From: a virus
DNA: 64,000 nt
Direction: 5' to 3' (one strand)
Virus record (IMG/VR): IMGVR_UViG_3300037457_000038
Location: 32,001 to 96,000 of that record
Notes under the pieces: model-generated
Databases searched by the model: none
Seen by the model: the letters and a program-made list of their open reading frames with translations, nothing else
What the model was told of the DNA's origin: nothing
In this document: in pieces, positions 1 through 10,298 of the stretch
How the letters are laid out: each line of letters begins with the position of its first letter
Position numbering within the stretch: the stretch's first letter is position 1
Program-made: the position numbers and the translations under genes

Positions 1-21
1 AGAAGAGGAAGGCTGAACACC

Positions 22-255
22 ATGACCACAGGCGCTTTCTGGAAGGCCACTACGGAGCGGGCGGTACGGACCGCCGCGCAAACACTCGTGGCCGTACTCG
101 GCCTCGACACCACAGGCGTCCTCGACGTCGACTGGAGCGGCGGCCTGGCGCTCGCCGGATCGGCGGCACTCCTTGCGGTACTCACCGCGCTGGCATCCTC
201 GGGCGCGGGCGCGGAGGGCCCGGGGCTGACGGAGACAGTACGGAGAGACGTGTGA
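22..255 (+). CDS. Holin (r1t-like family)
   Basis: 77 aa; N-terminus AFWKATTERAVRTAAQT matches actinophage r1t-type holins; two hydrophobic segments; purine-rich RBS upstream. Confidence 0.85.
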   Translation: MTTGAFWKATTERAVRTAAQTLVAVLGLDTTGVLDVDWSGGLALAGSAALLAVLTALASSGAGAEGPGLTETVRRDV

Positions 256-596
256 CCACCGCAGATACCACCGGGGTGGCCGCAGTCGACAGTCTCGTCG
301 TGTGGTCTGTCGCCGCGGTGGCTATCGCTGCCGGTTTGGCGTTGTTGTGGCAGATCGCGCGTGGGGTGCTGCGCGGTCTGCGGCGCCTGGATGAGATGGC
401 GGATGACTGGTCGGGGACGCCGGCTCGTCCGGGTGTGCCTGCGAGGCTGGGTGTGTTGGAGCGGTTGGACGGGATTGACCGGCGGGTGCAGCGGATTGAG
501 TACGAGGTGTTGCCGAATGGGTCGTCGTCGATGCGGGATGCGGTGGATCGGACGGATCGGCGGACGGCGCGGTTGACGCCGGAGGGTGAGGAGTAG
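252..596 (+). CDS. Lysis-cassette membrane protein (one TM helix plus coiled coil)
   Basis: GTGA overlap with holin; TM segment; C-terminal PNGSSSMRDAVDR motif common in actinophage post-holin genes. Confidence 0.7.
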   Translation: MTTADTTGVAAVDSLVVWSVAAVAIAAGLALLWQIARGVLRGLRRLDEMADDWSGTPARPGVPARLGVLERLDGIDRRVQRIEYEVLPNGSSSMRDAVDRTDRRTARLTPEGEE

Positions 597-882
597 GCGG
601 CTGACCTACCAGCAGTACTAGCCGGTCTACCAGTTGATGCAGATCTAGTAGCAGCGCCCCGTTCGGCTTGGCCGGGCGGTCGCTTCGTCGTGTTGCCGGG
701 GGCGCGCGTCTTCGTTTTCGCTCCCAAATGGGTGACGCGCGCCGGGGGTTCACCCGCATGCCTGGTGTGAGGAGTACGCTCTGTAACAACCGGATCAACG
801 TTCGATCCGAGTGTTCCCTTAGCAGAGGTATGCCCCCGCGCGGTTCGCATCCGCCGGAGGCGTGGACCCAAGGAGAGAACCC

Positions 883-1719
883 TTGACTCAGTTCCAATCT
901 AGCGCGCCCGTCCCGAGCGTCAACAGTGGGGGCAGCCCGTTCGACAAGATTCGCCGCATGGACGCCTACGGGCGCGAATACTGGCGTGCTCGGGTGCTCC
1001 AGCCGCAGATGGGCTACGGGCGGTGGCAGCACTTCGATCCCGTGATCGAGCGCGCCAAGGCGGCGGCCCGGAACGTCAGTGACGCTGCGGCGGTTTTCAC
1101 GGAAGTCCGTGAAAACCCCTCTGAGCTGGGAGGGCGTCCGGGTAAGGACTACAAGCTCACTCGGGCTGCGGCCTACTACGTGGCGCTGAACGGGGATCCG
1201 AACAAGCCCGAGGTTGCCGCGGCACAGGCGTACTTCGTGCGCCGTACACGCGAGGCTGAGCTGGGCTCCATCGCTGCGGAGGAGATCCGGAACACGGCGC
1301 TGGCGCGGGCGCGGGAGATGGTCGACTACAAGGTCTTCCGCGACATGATGCGGGACAACGCCACCGACTACGAGCCGCAGAGCAAGGCCACACGGACCTT
1401 CTTCGCCGTGATGCAGAACCGGCTCTACCAGCAGATCACCGGTATGACCGCGAAGGAGATCATGACCGCGCGGGAGCTGCACCACTGGCCTGGTCGTGAG
1501 GTCGGTAAGGACGAGCCGGGACCGAAGAGTCGGCACCGTAAGGTCGCGAAGAATTACCTGACGGTAGGGGAGCTGCACAAGTTGGACCGACTGGTGGGCC
1601 GGCTGTGTCTGAGGGCGGAAGACATCGCCGAGGACGGGATGAGCCTGACCCTGGCCCAGTGGGACGACCTGGTCGACGCTGAGCTGTCGGTGGCTACTCG
1701 CTTGCCGCTCGCCGCCTGA
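883..1719 (+). CDS. BRO/DinD-like N-terminal domain fused to RhuM-like C-terminal domain (antirepressor-like)
   Basis: TTG start after AGGAG; SPFDKIRR..EYWRARVLQPQMGYGRWQHF..DYKLTRAAAYYVALNGDPNKPEVAAAQAYF (DinD/BRO); FFAVMQNRLY..TAKEI..VAKNYLT (RhuM-like). Confidence 0.75.
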   Translation: MTQFQSSAPVPSVNSGGSPFDKIRRMDAYGREYWRARVLQPQMGYGRWQHFDPVIERAKAAARNVSDAAAVFTEVRENPSELGGRPGKDYKLTRAAAYYVALNGDPNKPEVAAAQAYFVRRTREAELGSIAAEEIRNTALARAREMVDYKVFRDMMRDNATDYEPQSKATRTFFAVMQNRLYQQITGMTAKEIMTARELHHWPGREVGKDEPGPKSRHRKVAKNYLTVGELHKLDRLVGRLCLRAEDIAEDGMSLTLAQWDDLVDAELSVATRLPLAA

Positions 1720-1730
1720 CGACTACCACC

Positions 1731-1775
1731 GTGCCCCGTCTGCTGGCCTACTGGGCCGGTAGGCGGGGCGCTTTC
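1731..1775 (+). terminator. Intrinsic terminator-like hairpin
   Basis: GTGCCCCGTCTGCTGGCC / GGCCGGTAGGCGGGGCGC stem (with G-U pairs) followed by TTT, just after the stop at 1719. Confidence 0.65.
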
Positions 1776-1895
1776 GCGTGCCCGGACCCCGCAAAGCACG
1801 TCGGCCCCCACCGGGGGGATGGGGGCCGTACGGCTGTCGCTCCCGGGGCCGCCGGGGCTACGGTTCTGAGTGTCGAGTTCAGAACGGAGCCAAGT

Positions 1896-3137
1896 ATGCA
1901 CGACAACACCGACAGCGCAGCAGCCCTCCCCGGCGACCGACTCCGAGACGTCCGACTCAGCCGCGGATTCACACAAGAAGCCCTCGCCGACCGCGCCGGA
2001 CTCAGCCTCGGAGTAGTGAAGAAGATCGAGCGCGGCGGCAGCGCCCGCCTGGAGACTTACCACGCACTCGCCCGTGCCCTACGCGTGCGTACGTCCGCAC
2101 TCTTCGAGCCTGCCGGACCACACACGACCCGGCGCACCGATGACCACGCAATCGACCTGATGCCGCTGCGGCAGGCCGTGAGCCCACCTTTCACAACTCA
2201 CGGGCCGCTCGGCGCAGACACGGTCGACACGGAACCGGACCTGCATCACCTCTGGCGCACTGCGCGCAGGCTGGACCAGTCCTACCACCAGGACGACTAC
2301 GTGCGCGTCTCCGAGTTGCTGCCCGCCCTGGTCCGCTCTGCCAATGCAGCGGTGGCCCACTTCGACGGTGGACCCGAGCGGACCGAAGCGATGAAGCTAC
2401 GCGCGGATGTGCTCCAGCAGGCGGGCCGCTACCTCACCCAGGTCCGCGCGTACGACCTGGCGCACCTGGCATTGCGGGACGCCATGCGGGATGCTGCGGC
2501 AGCCGGTGACCGGCTCAGCAGCGCTGCGGCGGTGTACTTGCAGGGTTGGGCACTGATCCGGCAGGGGCGGTTGGATGAGGCGGAGCGGCTGGCGACGGCG
2601 ACTGCCGATGACATTGAGCCGCGGATCTCGCGGGCGTCGCGTGACGAGTTGGGCGTGTGGGGCCGGTTGCTAGTGAAGGCTTCATCTGGGGCGGCTCGCA
2701 ACAACCGGCCTCAGGAGGCGCGGGAGATTTTGCGGCTGGCGCGTACTGCGGGTGCGGCGATTGGTGGCGGTAAGGCTGGAGGCCCGTACCGCTGTGGCGA
2801 GTTCAGTGCAAGCTCAGTGGCATTTCAGGCGATCGAGAACTACATGGTGGCGGAGAAGCCGGGGATGGTGTTGGGTCTGGCGGCGCGGGTTCCGTCTGGG
2901 GCGGCGTCGACGTCGAACACGTATCACCGTCATCTGCTGGATGTGGCGCGTGCGCACACGCTGCTGCGGCAGCGTGATGAAGCGACTGGGATCCTGTGCT
3001 CGCTGCGCGATGATTCGCCGGATTGGCTGCGGCAGCAGCAGATGGCTGCGGACACCTTCCAGGATGTGTTGCGGCTCAGCAGGCGTCGGGTGACTGCGCG
3101 GCAGCGGGAGTTGGCGGCGTTCTTCGGTGTGGCGTAG
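1896..3137 (+). CDS. XRE-family HTH regulator with long helical C-terminal domain
   Basis: N-terminal HTH (LRDVRLSRGFTQEALADRAGLSLGVVKKIERG); typical Streptomyces XRE plus TPR-like architecture. Confidence 0.85.
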   Translation: MHDNTDSAAALPGDRLRDVRLSRGFTQEALADRAGLSLGVVKKIERGGSARLETYHALARALRVRTSALFEPAGPHTTRRTDDHAIDLMPLRQAVSPPFTTHGPLGADTVDTEPDLHHLWRTARRLDQSYHQDDYVRVSELLPALVRSANAAVAHFDGGPERTEAMKLRADVLQQAGRYLTQVRAYDLAHLALRDAMRDAAAAGDRLSSAAAVYLQGWALIRQGRLDEAERLATATADDIEPRISRASRDELGVWGRLLVKASSGAARNNRPQEAREILRLARTAGAAIGGGKAGGPYRCGEFSASSVAFQAIENYMVAEKPGMVLGLAARVPSGAASTSNTYHRHLLDVARAHTLLRQRDEATGILCSLRDDSPDWLRQQQMAADTFQDVLRLSRRRVTARQRELAAFFGVA

Positions 3138-3271
3138 GGGTCATGTTCCGTAGCTGTTAGGGGTTGGAGGTTTCTCGAACGGCTACGTACCGTGGCTGTT
3201 ACTCCCTGTGACGTGGTCGTAGCGTCCAAGCATGGACACTACCGACGGTACGCACCACGTCACAGGGGCTG

Positions 3272-4105
3272 ATGATGGTGCTCTATAGGACTCCTGCCCA
3301 GCGTGCCCGCCGTGCCGCACTGGCCGATGCCGCGTCCGGTCATGGGCCGCCTGCGGCGTACCGCTCTACCGCATGCCGTGTCGGCACGCACGACGCGTGC
3401 ACCGAGGCGAAGCGTGTCCAGCCGTCCCGGGCGGTGGCAGGCGTGCGCTACGAGACGTGCACCTGCCCCTGCCACGAGCAGCAGGGGGCGGCACGGTGAC
3501 GAGCCTGTACGTGCGGCGGACCGACCGCATCCACCCGCTACGGCCCCACATCGCCGACACCGAGCACATCGACGGCGACGCTACCCCCCTCGTCCGCCCC
3601 TACCTCCCCGAGCACGAACACACCGACCTGGACGACACCGTCCCCTGCTGGATCGGTGACACGTCTGCAGGGAGTGCGCCATGAGCGAGGCATGCTTCTC
3701 CTGTGAGGAGGACATCCAGGACCCGGACCCGGACCCGGTGGGATTCCAGGTCACCGCGGAGTCCGGGCCCGAAGGGCGACCGCTGTACCGGTGCGCCGCC
3801 TGCGACCCCACGCCGAAATGGGCGCCAGTGCCGCCGACCGTCATCTCGCCGGAGCTGACCGAGGCAATCGCCTACCACCTGGGCGCCGAGGTGCTGCGCG
3901 ATTTCCTCACCGACCAGGGCAGGACCGACCGGTGACCGCGCAGACGCAGCTGGCGGCGCACTGCCGCCTCGCCACCGAAATGCCGGAGTACGCGGACGAG
4001 CATCAACAGTGCCGGGGCACCACGACCGTGACCGTCGGCGGCGGGACATTCACCGCGCAGCGCTGCGACTGCACCTGCCACACACAGGCAGGAGGCGACC
4101 GGTGA
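3272..4105 (+). CDS. Chain of four small overlapping hypothetical genes (3272-3499, 3496-3684, 3681-3935, 3932-4105), several Cys-rich
   Basis: GTGA/ATGA overlaps; CxxC and CxCxCH motifs. Confidence 0.55.
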
Positions 4106-4266
4106 GGCAGTGGATTGCCGTCGCCCTGATCTGGGCCGCGACTGCGGCGGTACTGCTGTGGGCGCTGCTGCCCACCTTATAGACGCCCGCTCCGGGGCAG
4201 GTCCGCATCGCGCGTCCCCCGATACCGGCCCCGGCCGCCAGCGTCCCCCGCGCGGCGGCCGGGGCC

Positions 4267-4506
4267 TTACTCGCGGACGAGGTCAGCGAGCGGCACATCG
4301 AGGACCCAGGCGATACGCATCAGGGTGCCGATGCGTGGATTGCTGCGGCCGGCCTCGATCTGCTGGTAGACGCTACGGCTCACCTGGGCAGCCAGGAGCA
4401 CCTTCTCCTGGGTGAGGTTGCGGAGCAGGCGCGTTTCGCGGATGCGGTCACCGATGACGCGGCGGCGGTCGTTGGTCCAGTCGTCGTCCTCGGGCAGCGC
4501 GCGCAC
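4267..4506 (-). CDS. Small XRE-family HTH regulator
   Basis: IGDRIRETRLLRNLTQEKVLLAAQVSRSVYQQIEAGRSNPRIGTLMRIAWVLDV. Confidence 0.85.
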   Translation of the reverse strand: MRALPEDDDWTNDRRRVIGDRIRETRLLRNLTQEKVLLAAQVSRSVYQQIEAGRSNPRIGTLMRIAWVLDVPLADLVRE

Positions 4507-4828
4507 CCGTCCACGCTTGACCCAAGATGATCACTAGTCAGCCCGGCATACCGGGCATTGTTTGATCTTGGAGGCTGCGGGTATCCCGGATGGACCACCC
4601 GCCACAGGCGGGGCCGAGGTGGCGATTCCGCGCGAGGGACGCCTCTCCGTCCAGATGGCGGAGCCTCGGTCACCGAGCCGCCCCGGGTCCTAGACTCGGG
4701 GCGGTGCCGCCTACTTGGGCGTCAATTCCCCGCCAAAACGGACACAGAAATGGGCCAAGTGCCTTTCCTTAAGATGGTCCACGACGACCAGGGAAAACGC
4801 AGCTCAGCACATCGCTCACTACCCGATA

Positions 4829-4874
4829 CCTTCTAAGCACTTGGCCGCAGGTTCGAGTCCTGCCGGGGGCGCCA
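4829..4874 (+). mobile_element. att core: 3' half of tRNA-Arg(UCU)
   Basis: CCTTCTAAGCACTTGGCCGCAGGTTCGAGTCCTGCCGGGGGCGCCA = anticodon loop (TCT), T arm, 3' acceptor strand and CCA; 5' half absent; about 110 bp upstream of the integrase. Confidence 0.9.
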
Positions 4875-4983
4875 ACCCACCCTCACCAGCACGGATGCTG
4901 AAAGAGGCGCCCGGCACTCGTTGCGGACATCGCTTATCCGCCAAGTGCTTCCCCAAATCCGCCATCGGGCGTACCGTCCCGAC

Positions 4984-5937
4984 ATGGCATACGACCTCCA
5001 TCCGCTGGTGGCCTCCTGGGTCCGCTCGCTCCGCGCACGCAACCTCGCCGACGACACGATCAAGGTGTACCGACGGGCAGGCAACGGCATCGCCGACTAC
5101 CTTCTCGCCTACTCGCCGCCCGGCGACGACCCCGGCGCACGGCCGGCACCGGACGGCTTGGAGGGCCAGAGCGGGATCCACCGTGAGCACGTCGCCGCGT
5201 ATATCCAGCACCTCCTCGACGAGAAGGGCGAGGCGACCGCGCACCAGCAGTTCCGGTCGCTGAAGACGTTCTTCAACTGGCTGGTCGATGAGGAGGAGAT
5301 GGACCGCAGCCCGATGCGGACGATGAAGCCGCCGGAGCTGACGGAGAAGGAAGTGCCGATCATCCCGGACGATGCGCTGAAGCGGCTGTTCGCCACCTGC
5401 CGGGGCAAGACCTTCGAAGCTCGGCGGGACACGGCCATCATGATGATGTTCCTTGACACCGGGGTACGCCTGTCGGAGCTGACGAACCGCAGCATCGAGG
5501 AACTCGACCTGGACCTGATGGTGTTGCAGGTCCTCGGCAAGGGCAACAGGTACCGCAGCGTGCCCTTCGGCCGGGCGTCAGCTCAGGTAATGGACCGGTA
5601 TCTGCGGTCCCTGAACAAGCACCTCGGACGTACACCCGACAAGGATGAGGCGCTGTGGTGGGGCATCAAGTCCAAGCGGCCGCTGACGATCTGGGGCGTG
5701 GGGACGATGCTGGAGCGCCGGGCTGCTGAGGCCGGGCTGCCGCACATCCATCCGCACCAGTTCCGGCACACCCTGGCGCATCAGTGGAAGGTCGCGGGCG
5801 GGAACGAGGACGATCTGATGCGGATCATGGGTTGGCGGTCGCGGCAGATGCTGTCGCGGTACGCGTCCAGCGCGGGTGATGAGCGGGCGCGTGCGGCTCA
5901 CCGGAGGTTGAGCCCCGGCGACCGGCTTGGGAAGTAG
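4984..5937 (+). CDS. int: Tyrosine recombinase / phage integrase
   Basis: Catalytic motifs DTGVR, GKGNRYR, HPHQFRH, MGW, MLSRY; next to tRNA att core. Confidence 0.95.
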   Translation: MAYDLHPLVASWVRSLRARNLADDTIKVYRRAGNGIADYLLAYSPPGDDPGARPAPDGLEGQSGIHREHVAAYIQHLLDEKGEATAHQQFRSLKTFFNWLVDEEEMDRSPMRTMKPPELTEKEVPIIPDDALKRLFATCRGKTFEARRDTAIMMMFLDTGVRLSELTNRSIEELDLDLMVLQVLGKGNRYRSVPFGRASAQVMDRYLRSLNKHLGRTPDKDEALWWGIKSKRPLTIWGVGTMLERRAAEAGLPHIHPHQFRHTLAHQWKVAGGNEDDLMRIMGWRSRQMLSRYASSAGDERARAAHRRLSPGDRLGK

Positions 5938-5953
5938 CCGGCCGCCAGGTGGG

Positions 5954-6136
5954 CTATGCCGTGTGAAGGTTGAACGTTTCGCTGCCGACGAGGTGCGGCA
6001 GTCGCGTGCAGAGCAGGGCGAGCGCGGCGTCCTCGCTGATCTTCCGTGGATCGAAGGCGATGCGCACGTGGGATCCGAAGTCTCTGTACATCATCGTCAC
6101 GTTCAGCCGTCTGCGTTCCACGTGCACGTCTGTCAC
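5954..6136 (-). CDS. Small hypothetical protein downstream of the repressor
   Basis: GTG start after purine-rich RBS; same strand as repressor. Confidence 0.5.
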   Translation of the reverse strand: MTDVHVERRRLNVTMMYRDFGSHVRIAFDPRKISEDAALALLCTRLPHLVGSETFNLHTA

Positions 6137-6302
6137 ATGCCCCCTGTCCCGCTGGCTCCGGGCACACCGGTATTGCACGAGCGTTCGATCTTGCGCGAGG
6201 TGGGGGTCACTCTACGCGCGGTACTCGCATTCATGCAGGGTGTGATCGGGATATGTATACCTGTCACGCGGATTGTGACGTTCCGGAGATGTTCAGCTTG
6301 TA

Positions 6303-6689
6303 CTACTTGTCAGTCGCTGCCGCTTTGTCCCACTCGGCGGCGACGGCGCGCTCCTCGGCTCCGGGGTGCTCGCCAATCTTGTGCATGAGGACCGCAGGGG
6401 GCCCGTCAGTAAGCTCAGAGGTTTCGTAGCCGATGAGCTGATAGTGCGCTGCGGCGCCGACCACGTCGCGGGGGATGCCGAGGCCAGCTGCGAGGGCGCC
6501 GACTAGGGGCCCGGTGACCTTGTATGCCTCGCCTTTGATGATTTTCCCGATGAGGCCGGTGCTGGGGCTGTATCCAGTGTCGGGGTCGACTGCGCGTTCG
6601 GCGAAGGCAGCGACGGTCCACCGCTTCCCCTGGTGTGTGCCGACGTGCTGTCGCACGAGTTCGGTCAGGGCGTCGCGCTGCTCAGCCAT
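6303..6689 (-). CDS. Putative immunity repressor (XRE-like HTH)
   Basis: WTVAAFAERAVDPDTGYSPSTGLIGKII..LVGALAAGLGIP; divergent from a Cro-like gene; near integrase. Confidence 0.7.
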   Translation of the reverse strand: MAEQRDALTELVRQHVGTHQGKRWTVAAFAERAVDPDTGYSPSTGLIGKIIKGEAYKVTGPLVGALAAGLGIPRDVVGAAAHYQLIGYETSELTDGPPAVLMHKIGEHPGAEERAVAAEWDKAAATDK

Positions 6690-6790
6690 CTCTCCAACCT
6701 CTCTTATCGCCGGTGTCCAGGAGTTCCCACTGGACACTGCGTCAAAGTCGCTGGTCAGGGCGTACAACGATGCGTGTCCTCGGCATCATT

Positions 6791-7194
6791 GTCCATGAGC
6801 AAGGACATGGATAGCGATCCGGGTAAGAACTTGCCCGAAACTTTCACCTCCCCGGATCACGCCAGTGGACACCGCGCAACCGCTGTGCTTAGATATCCAT
6901 ATCCACGGACGTGGATGAGCGCGGAGGCCACACCTTGTCATCACCCCGACTGCACCTGACTGACAGCACCCTGCTGCGCCTGCTGATGAAGTACGCACCA
7001 GCAGGAGAACTTTCCGTCAGGGCACTCGCCGAGGAGGCGCGAGTCTCCAAAAGCAAGATCGGCAACCTCCTCAACGGCGGCCCCTACCCCACCGTTGATT
7101 TCGACACGGCGGCCCGGATCGCACGGGCCGTAGGCGTCCACAGGGACGCTCTTTTTCAGCCACGATCATCCATATCCATGGATGTAGATGAGCG
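6791..7194. promoter_or_regulatory. Three related operator-like boxes (6791-6817, 6895-6921, 7168-7194)
   Basis: ATCCATATCCACGGACGTGGATGAGCG and ATCCATATCCATGGATGTAGATGAGCG (24/27 identical); weaker copy GTCCATGAGCAAGGACATGGATAGCG. Confidence 0.6.
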
Positions 7195-7543
7195 AGAGGA
7201 CACGGCGATGGATCCCACTGAGCGGAGTCTCAGGATGCGGCTCGCGTCCCACAAGAGCTGGGCTCAGACGGCAGACCGGTCTGCTCGTACTGAGGCCGCC
7301 CGTAAGGCCAGCCATCACACCCGGTTCGTCGAGCAGGCCCGCGGTCTGCACCCCGACGCGACCGAGGAGCAGATCGCCAACGCGGCCGAGTCGCTGCGCA
7401 AGGCGTACTACTCCGAGCTCGCGCTCAGGGGCGTGCAGTCCCGGCGGATCAAGGCCCAGGAGCAGCAGGCCGAGCGGCAGAAGCGGATCGACGCGGCCAT
7501 GGCCGAGCTGGAGGCCGCGACCGCCGAGGACCCTGCGGCCTGA
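6935..7543 (+). CDS. Cro-like HTH protein in frame with a second domain (possible internal start at 7208)
   Basis: LSVRALAEEARVSKSKIGNLLNG HTH; GGAGG before TTG 6935; GAGAGGA before ATG 7208. Confidence 0.7.
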   Translation: MSSPRLHLTDSTLLRLLMKYAPAGELSVRALAEEARVSKSKIGNLLNGGPYPTVDFDTAARIARAVGVHRDALFQPRSSISMDVDEREDTAMDPTERSLRMRLASHKSWAQTADRSARTEAARKASHHTRFVEQARGLHPDATEEQIANAAESLRKAYYSELALRGVQSRRIKAQEQQAERQKRIDAAMAELEAATAEDPAA

Positions 7544-7626
7544 AAACAGATGTGGGCCCGCCCCCAACTCCGCAGTCCGGGACAGGCCCTCAGTTCACCT
7601 CACCACTGTTGAAAGCGAGGCTCACT

Positions 7627-10242
7627 GTGAGCTCGAATTGTATTCGCCCGGCCGATCTGCCCGCCGGTCACCGGCGTACGGTCCTGGTCGCAGGCATCGC
7701 CCCGCCCCCGGCCCGGCCGACGCTGTTGCCCGCTGTGTTCCGTACGGCGGCCCGGCTGGTTGCGGTGAACGGGCACTGGCAGGGCGACTATCTGCCGGAC
7801 CCGTTCGACCGGGTCACCACCACCCCGCACGCCACGCGGCCGTTGTCCATCGTCGCTGCGGTCCGTTGCGCGGCGACCGGAAGCCCGCGCCGCACCAGCG
7901 ACTTGTCGGAGCGGGCGATCGAGATGCTCGCCAACCGGCTGGAGGTCGACGGGGAGCCTGCCCCGTTTGAGCCGGAGCGGTTGGAGTGGCATGTCGCTGC
8001 GTGGGGGGACGCCCCGGGTCGTACGGCTGAGTGTGCGGTTGCAGTGCTGGAGGCTGCCGGGGACGCGTGCGAGGTGCACGCATGAGCGGCAAGACGAACG
8101 ATGCGGTCCGGCGGTTCATCGAGGACGCGCAGCTGCGGTACTCGGCCCAGCAGCTGGCGGGGCAGGCCACGGAGGATCTGGAGAGCGCGGGGCTGCTCTT
8201 TGATCCGGAGCGGGCGGAGGAGATCGCTTCTGCGGCGCGGGAGCAGGCGCTCGCCGTACAGGCAGCTGAGGTTGAGGAGCTGCGGGCGGATGTGTCCGCC
8301 ACCAGGCTGCGCGGGTTGCTGGCCCCGTCCGATGCTTCCTCCCCGGGGCCGGCCGGGCCGGAGTCGAGGTGCGCCGAGGACGAGCTGACCGGCGCGCGGC
8401 TGTCGCTCTGGGAGGAGGAGCAGGAGAACGCGCGGCTGACGGCTCGGGTCGCCGAGCTGGAGGCGGAGACCTACGTGGCCCCGTCGCCTAGTTGCACGCG
8501 CTGTTACGGGGCTGATGCCGCGCGGTTCGTGGCCAAGGGTGGTGCCACATCGGCGTGCCGCGTTTGTGGTCCGTCGGAGGCCGAGCAGCTGCGGTCTCGG
8601 GTCGCCGAGCTGGAGGACGTGGAGCGTCGTCTCCTCGACCTGCTGCCGACCGAGCCGCTGCCCGCAGTGATGCTCGCCGAGGACATCCCGGCAGTGAGGT
8701 CGGAGTGGGCGGTGTGGCAGCAGGTCGCCGAAGCACTGGACGTCAGGGTGCCGTACACGCGGCCGGTCGATGAAGACCCGATCCCGTACCAGCTGACCGA
8801 GGCGGCGGACACCACCGGGCCGGAGGTGACGGTGTACCGCGCCGAGTACGACGTGATCCCGTTCGGCCTGTACACCACGCCCGAGGCAGCACGGGCGCAC
8901 TGCGAAGCACACCTGCGTCGGGAGCAGCCCACCGCCGCACTCGACTGGATCGTCGACGACGAGGACGGCGTCGCCGAGCTGGTGACCACGGTCGACGGCT
9001 CCAGCGACGCGACTGGCTATGTCGTGATCGCGCTGGAGGTCGCCTCCGCCTACGACGAGGAGGCCGACGAATGAGGCTGCTGTTGTTCGTGTGCGCCTGG
9101 CTGGCTTGGGCGGCGGTCGTCTGGTTCGGGGTTGGTGCCGCTGTCGAGTGGTGGCAGCAGCCGATGCCTGCGGTGGAGCCTGCCAGCCCCGCCCCGTCCG
9201 CCGGTGAGCGTGCGGTGCCGGATGGGGAGGGGGAGTTGGCGCCGTGCAGTCATGAGCTGCCGGATGTGCCGCGCTGCGCCCTGGACGGGAGTGCCCGATG
9301 ACCGCACTTCTCACCCTCCTCGCCTACCTCATGGAGAGCCACCGATGAATGAGAGCTGCAAGCCCGGGCTGTCCGTGTCGCTCGACTCGACGTGGTCGCG
9401 TGCGGTGCTGCGGGTCGACGGCATCCGCTCCGACACCCTGTACCAGCTGGGTGCCACGTGGGCGGAGGACGACGGCCGCGAGGACATCACCGAGGCGCTT
9501 GACCGGCTGGCCGAGCTGGCTGTTGGGAGCCCGACAGCGGCGGAGCTGGACGCCGGGATTGACGCGTTGGACGACGCGGGCTGTTCGGAGCACGCCGATG
9601 TGCGGATCGGCCTGGCTGACGCGGTGCGGCTGCGCGCCGAGTTGGACGCGGCGATCGCCAAGCTGTCCCGCTTCGGGACGGCCGCCACCGAGGTCGTTGT
9701 GCCGCACCAGCGCACAGCGGGTGAAGCCGCATGAGCGCCCGGTCCCGTCTGCACGCGATGGTGCGGCACGACAGCGACACAGACACCGCCGAGTACGAGG
9801 CACGACTCGACGCCTACCGGGCCGAGGTGCTGGCAGAGGCCGCCGACGCGATCGAGCAGGCACAGTCCCGCGAGGAAGCCGAAGAGCGCGCCAAGTTCGG
9901 GCGACTCGACCACGAGACCGAGCTACAAGGCGAAGCCGTCCGCATCAAGGCCGCACTGCTGCGCCGCATGGCCACCGAGGCGGGTGGTTCCCGGTGAGCC
10001 GCCCTACCCGCACCCGGCCGCAGACCGACCACACGGCGATGGCCGCCCAGCTCCGCGCCCAGCCCCAGGTGTGGCAGCGGGTCAGCGTGCACCGCTCCTC
10101 AGCATCCGCGGACACCACAGCCCGCAGCATCCGCACCGCTCACCGGCTGCGCTGGTACCGGCCTGCCGGAGCGTTCGACGCCGAGGCCGTGGTGGTCCGC
10201 GACGGCTACGCGGTCCGCGCCCGCTACACCGGCCCCCGCTGA
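7627..10242 (+). CDS. Early hypothetical genes (7627-8085, 8082-9074, 9071-9301, 9345-9734, 9731-9997, 9994-10242)
   Basis: Mostly 4-bp start/stop overlaps, RBS motifs, GC3-rich codon usage. Confidence 0.65.
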
Positions 10243-10298
10243 CCTGACCGACCCGAGCGCTGCCCCGCCCGCCGCATCTACCACCGAAAGGACACGCA

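Noticed and set aside
785-812. LexA (SOS) box upstream of the BRO/DinD-like gene
   Set aside because: Only the GTTCGA half-site matches TCGAAC-N4-GTTCGA
4795-4874. Intact tRNA-Arg gene
   Set aside because: No 5' acceptor strand complementary to CGGGGGC and no 5' anticodon stem (GATAC instead of AGTGC); only the 3' half is present
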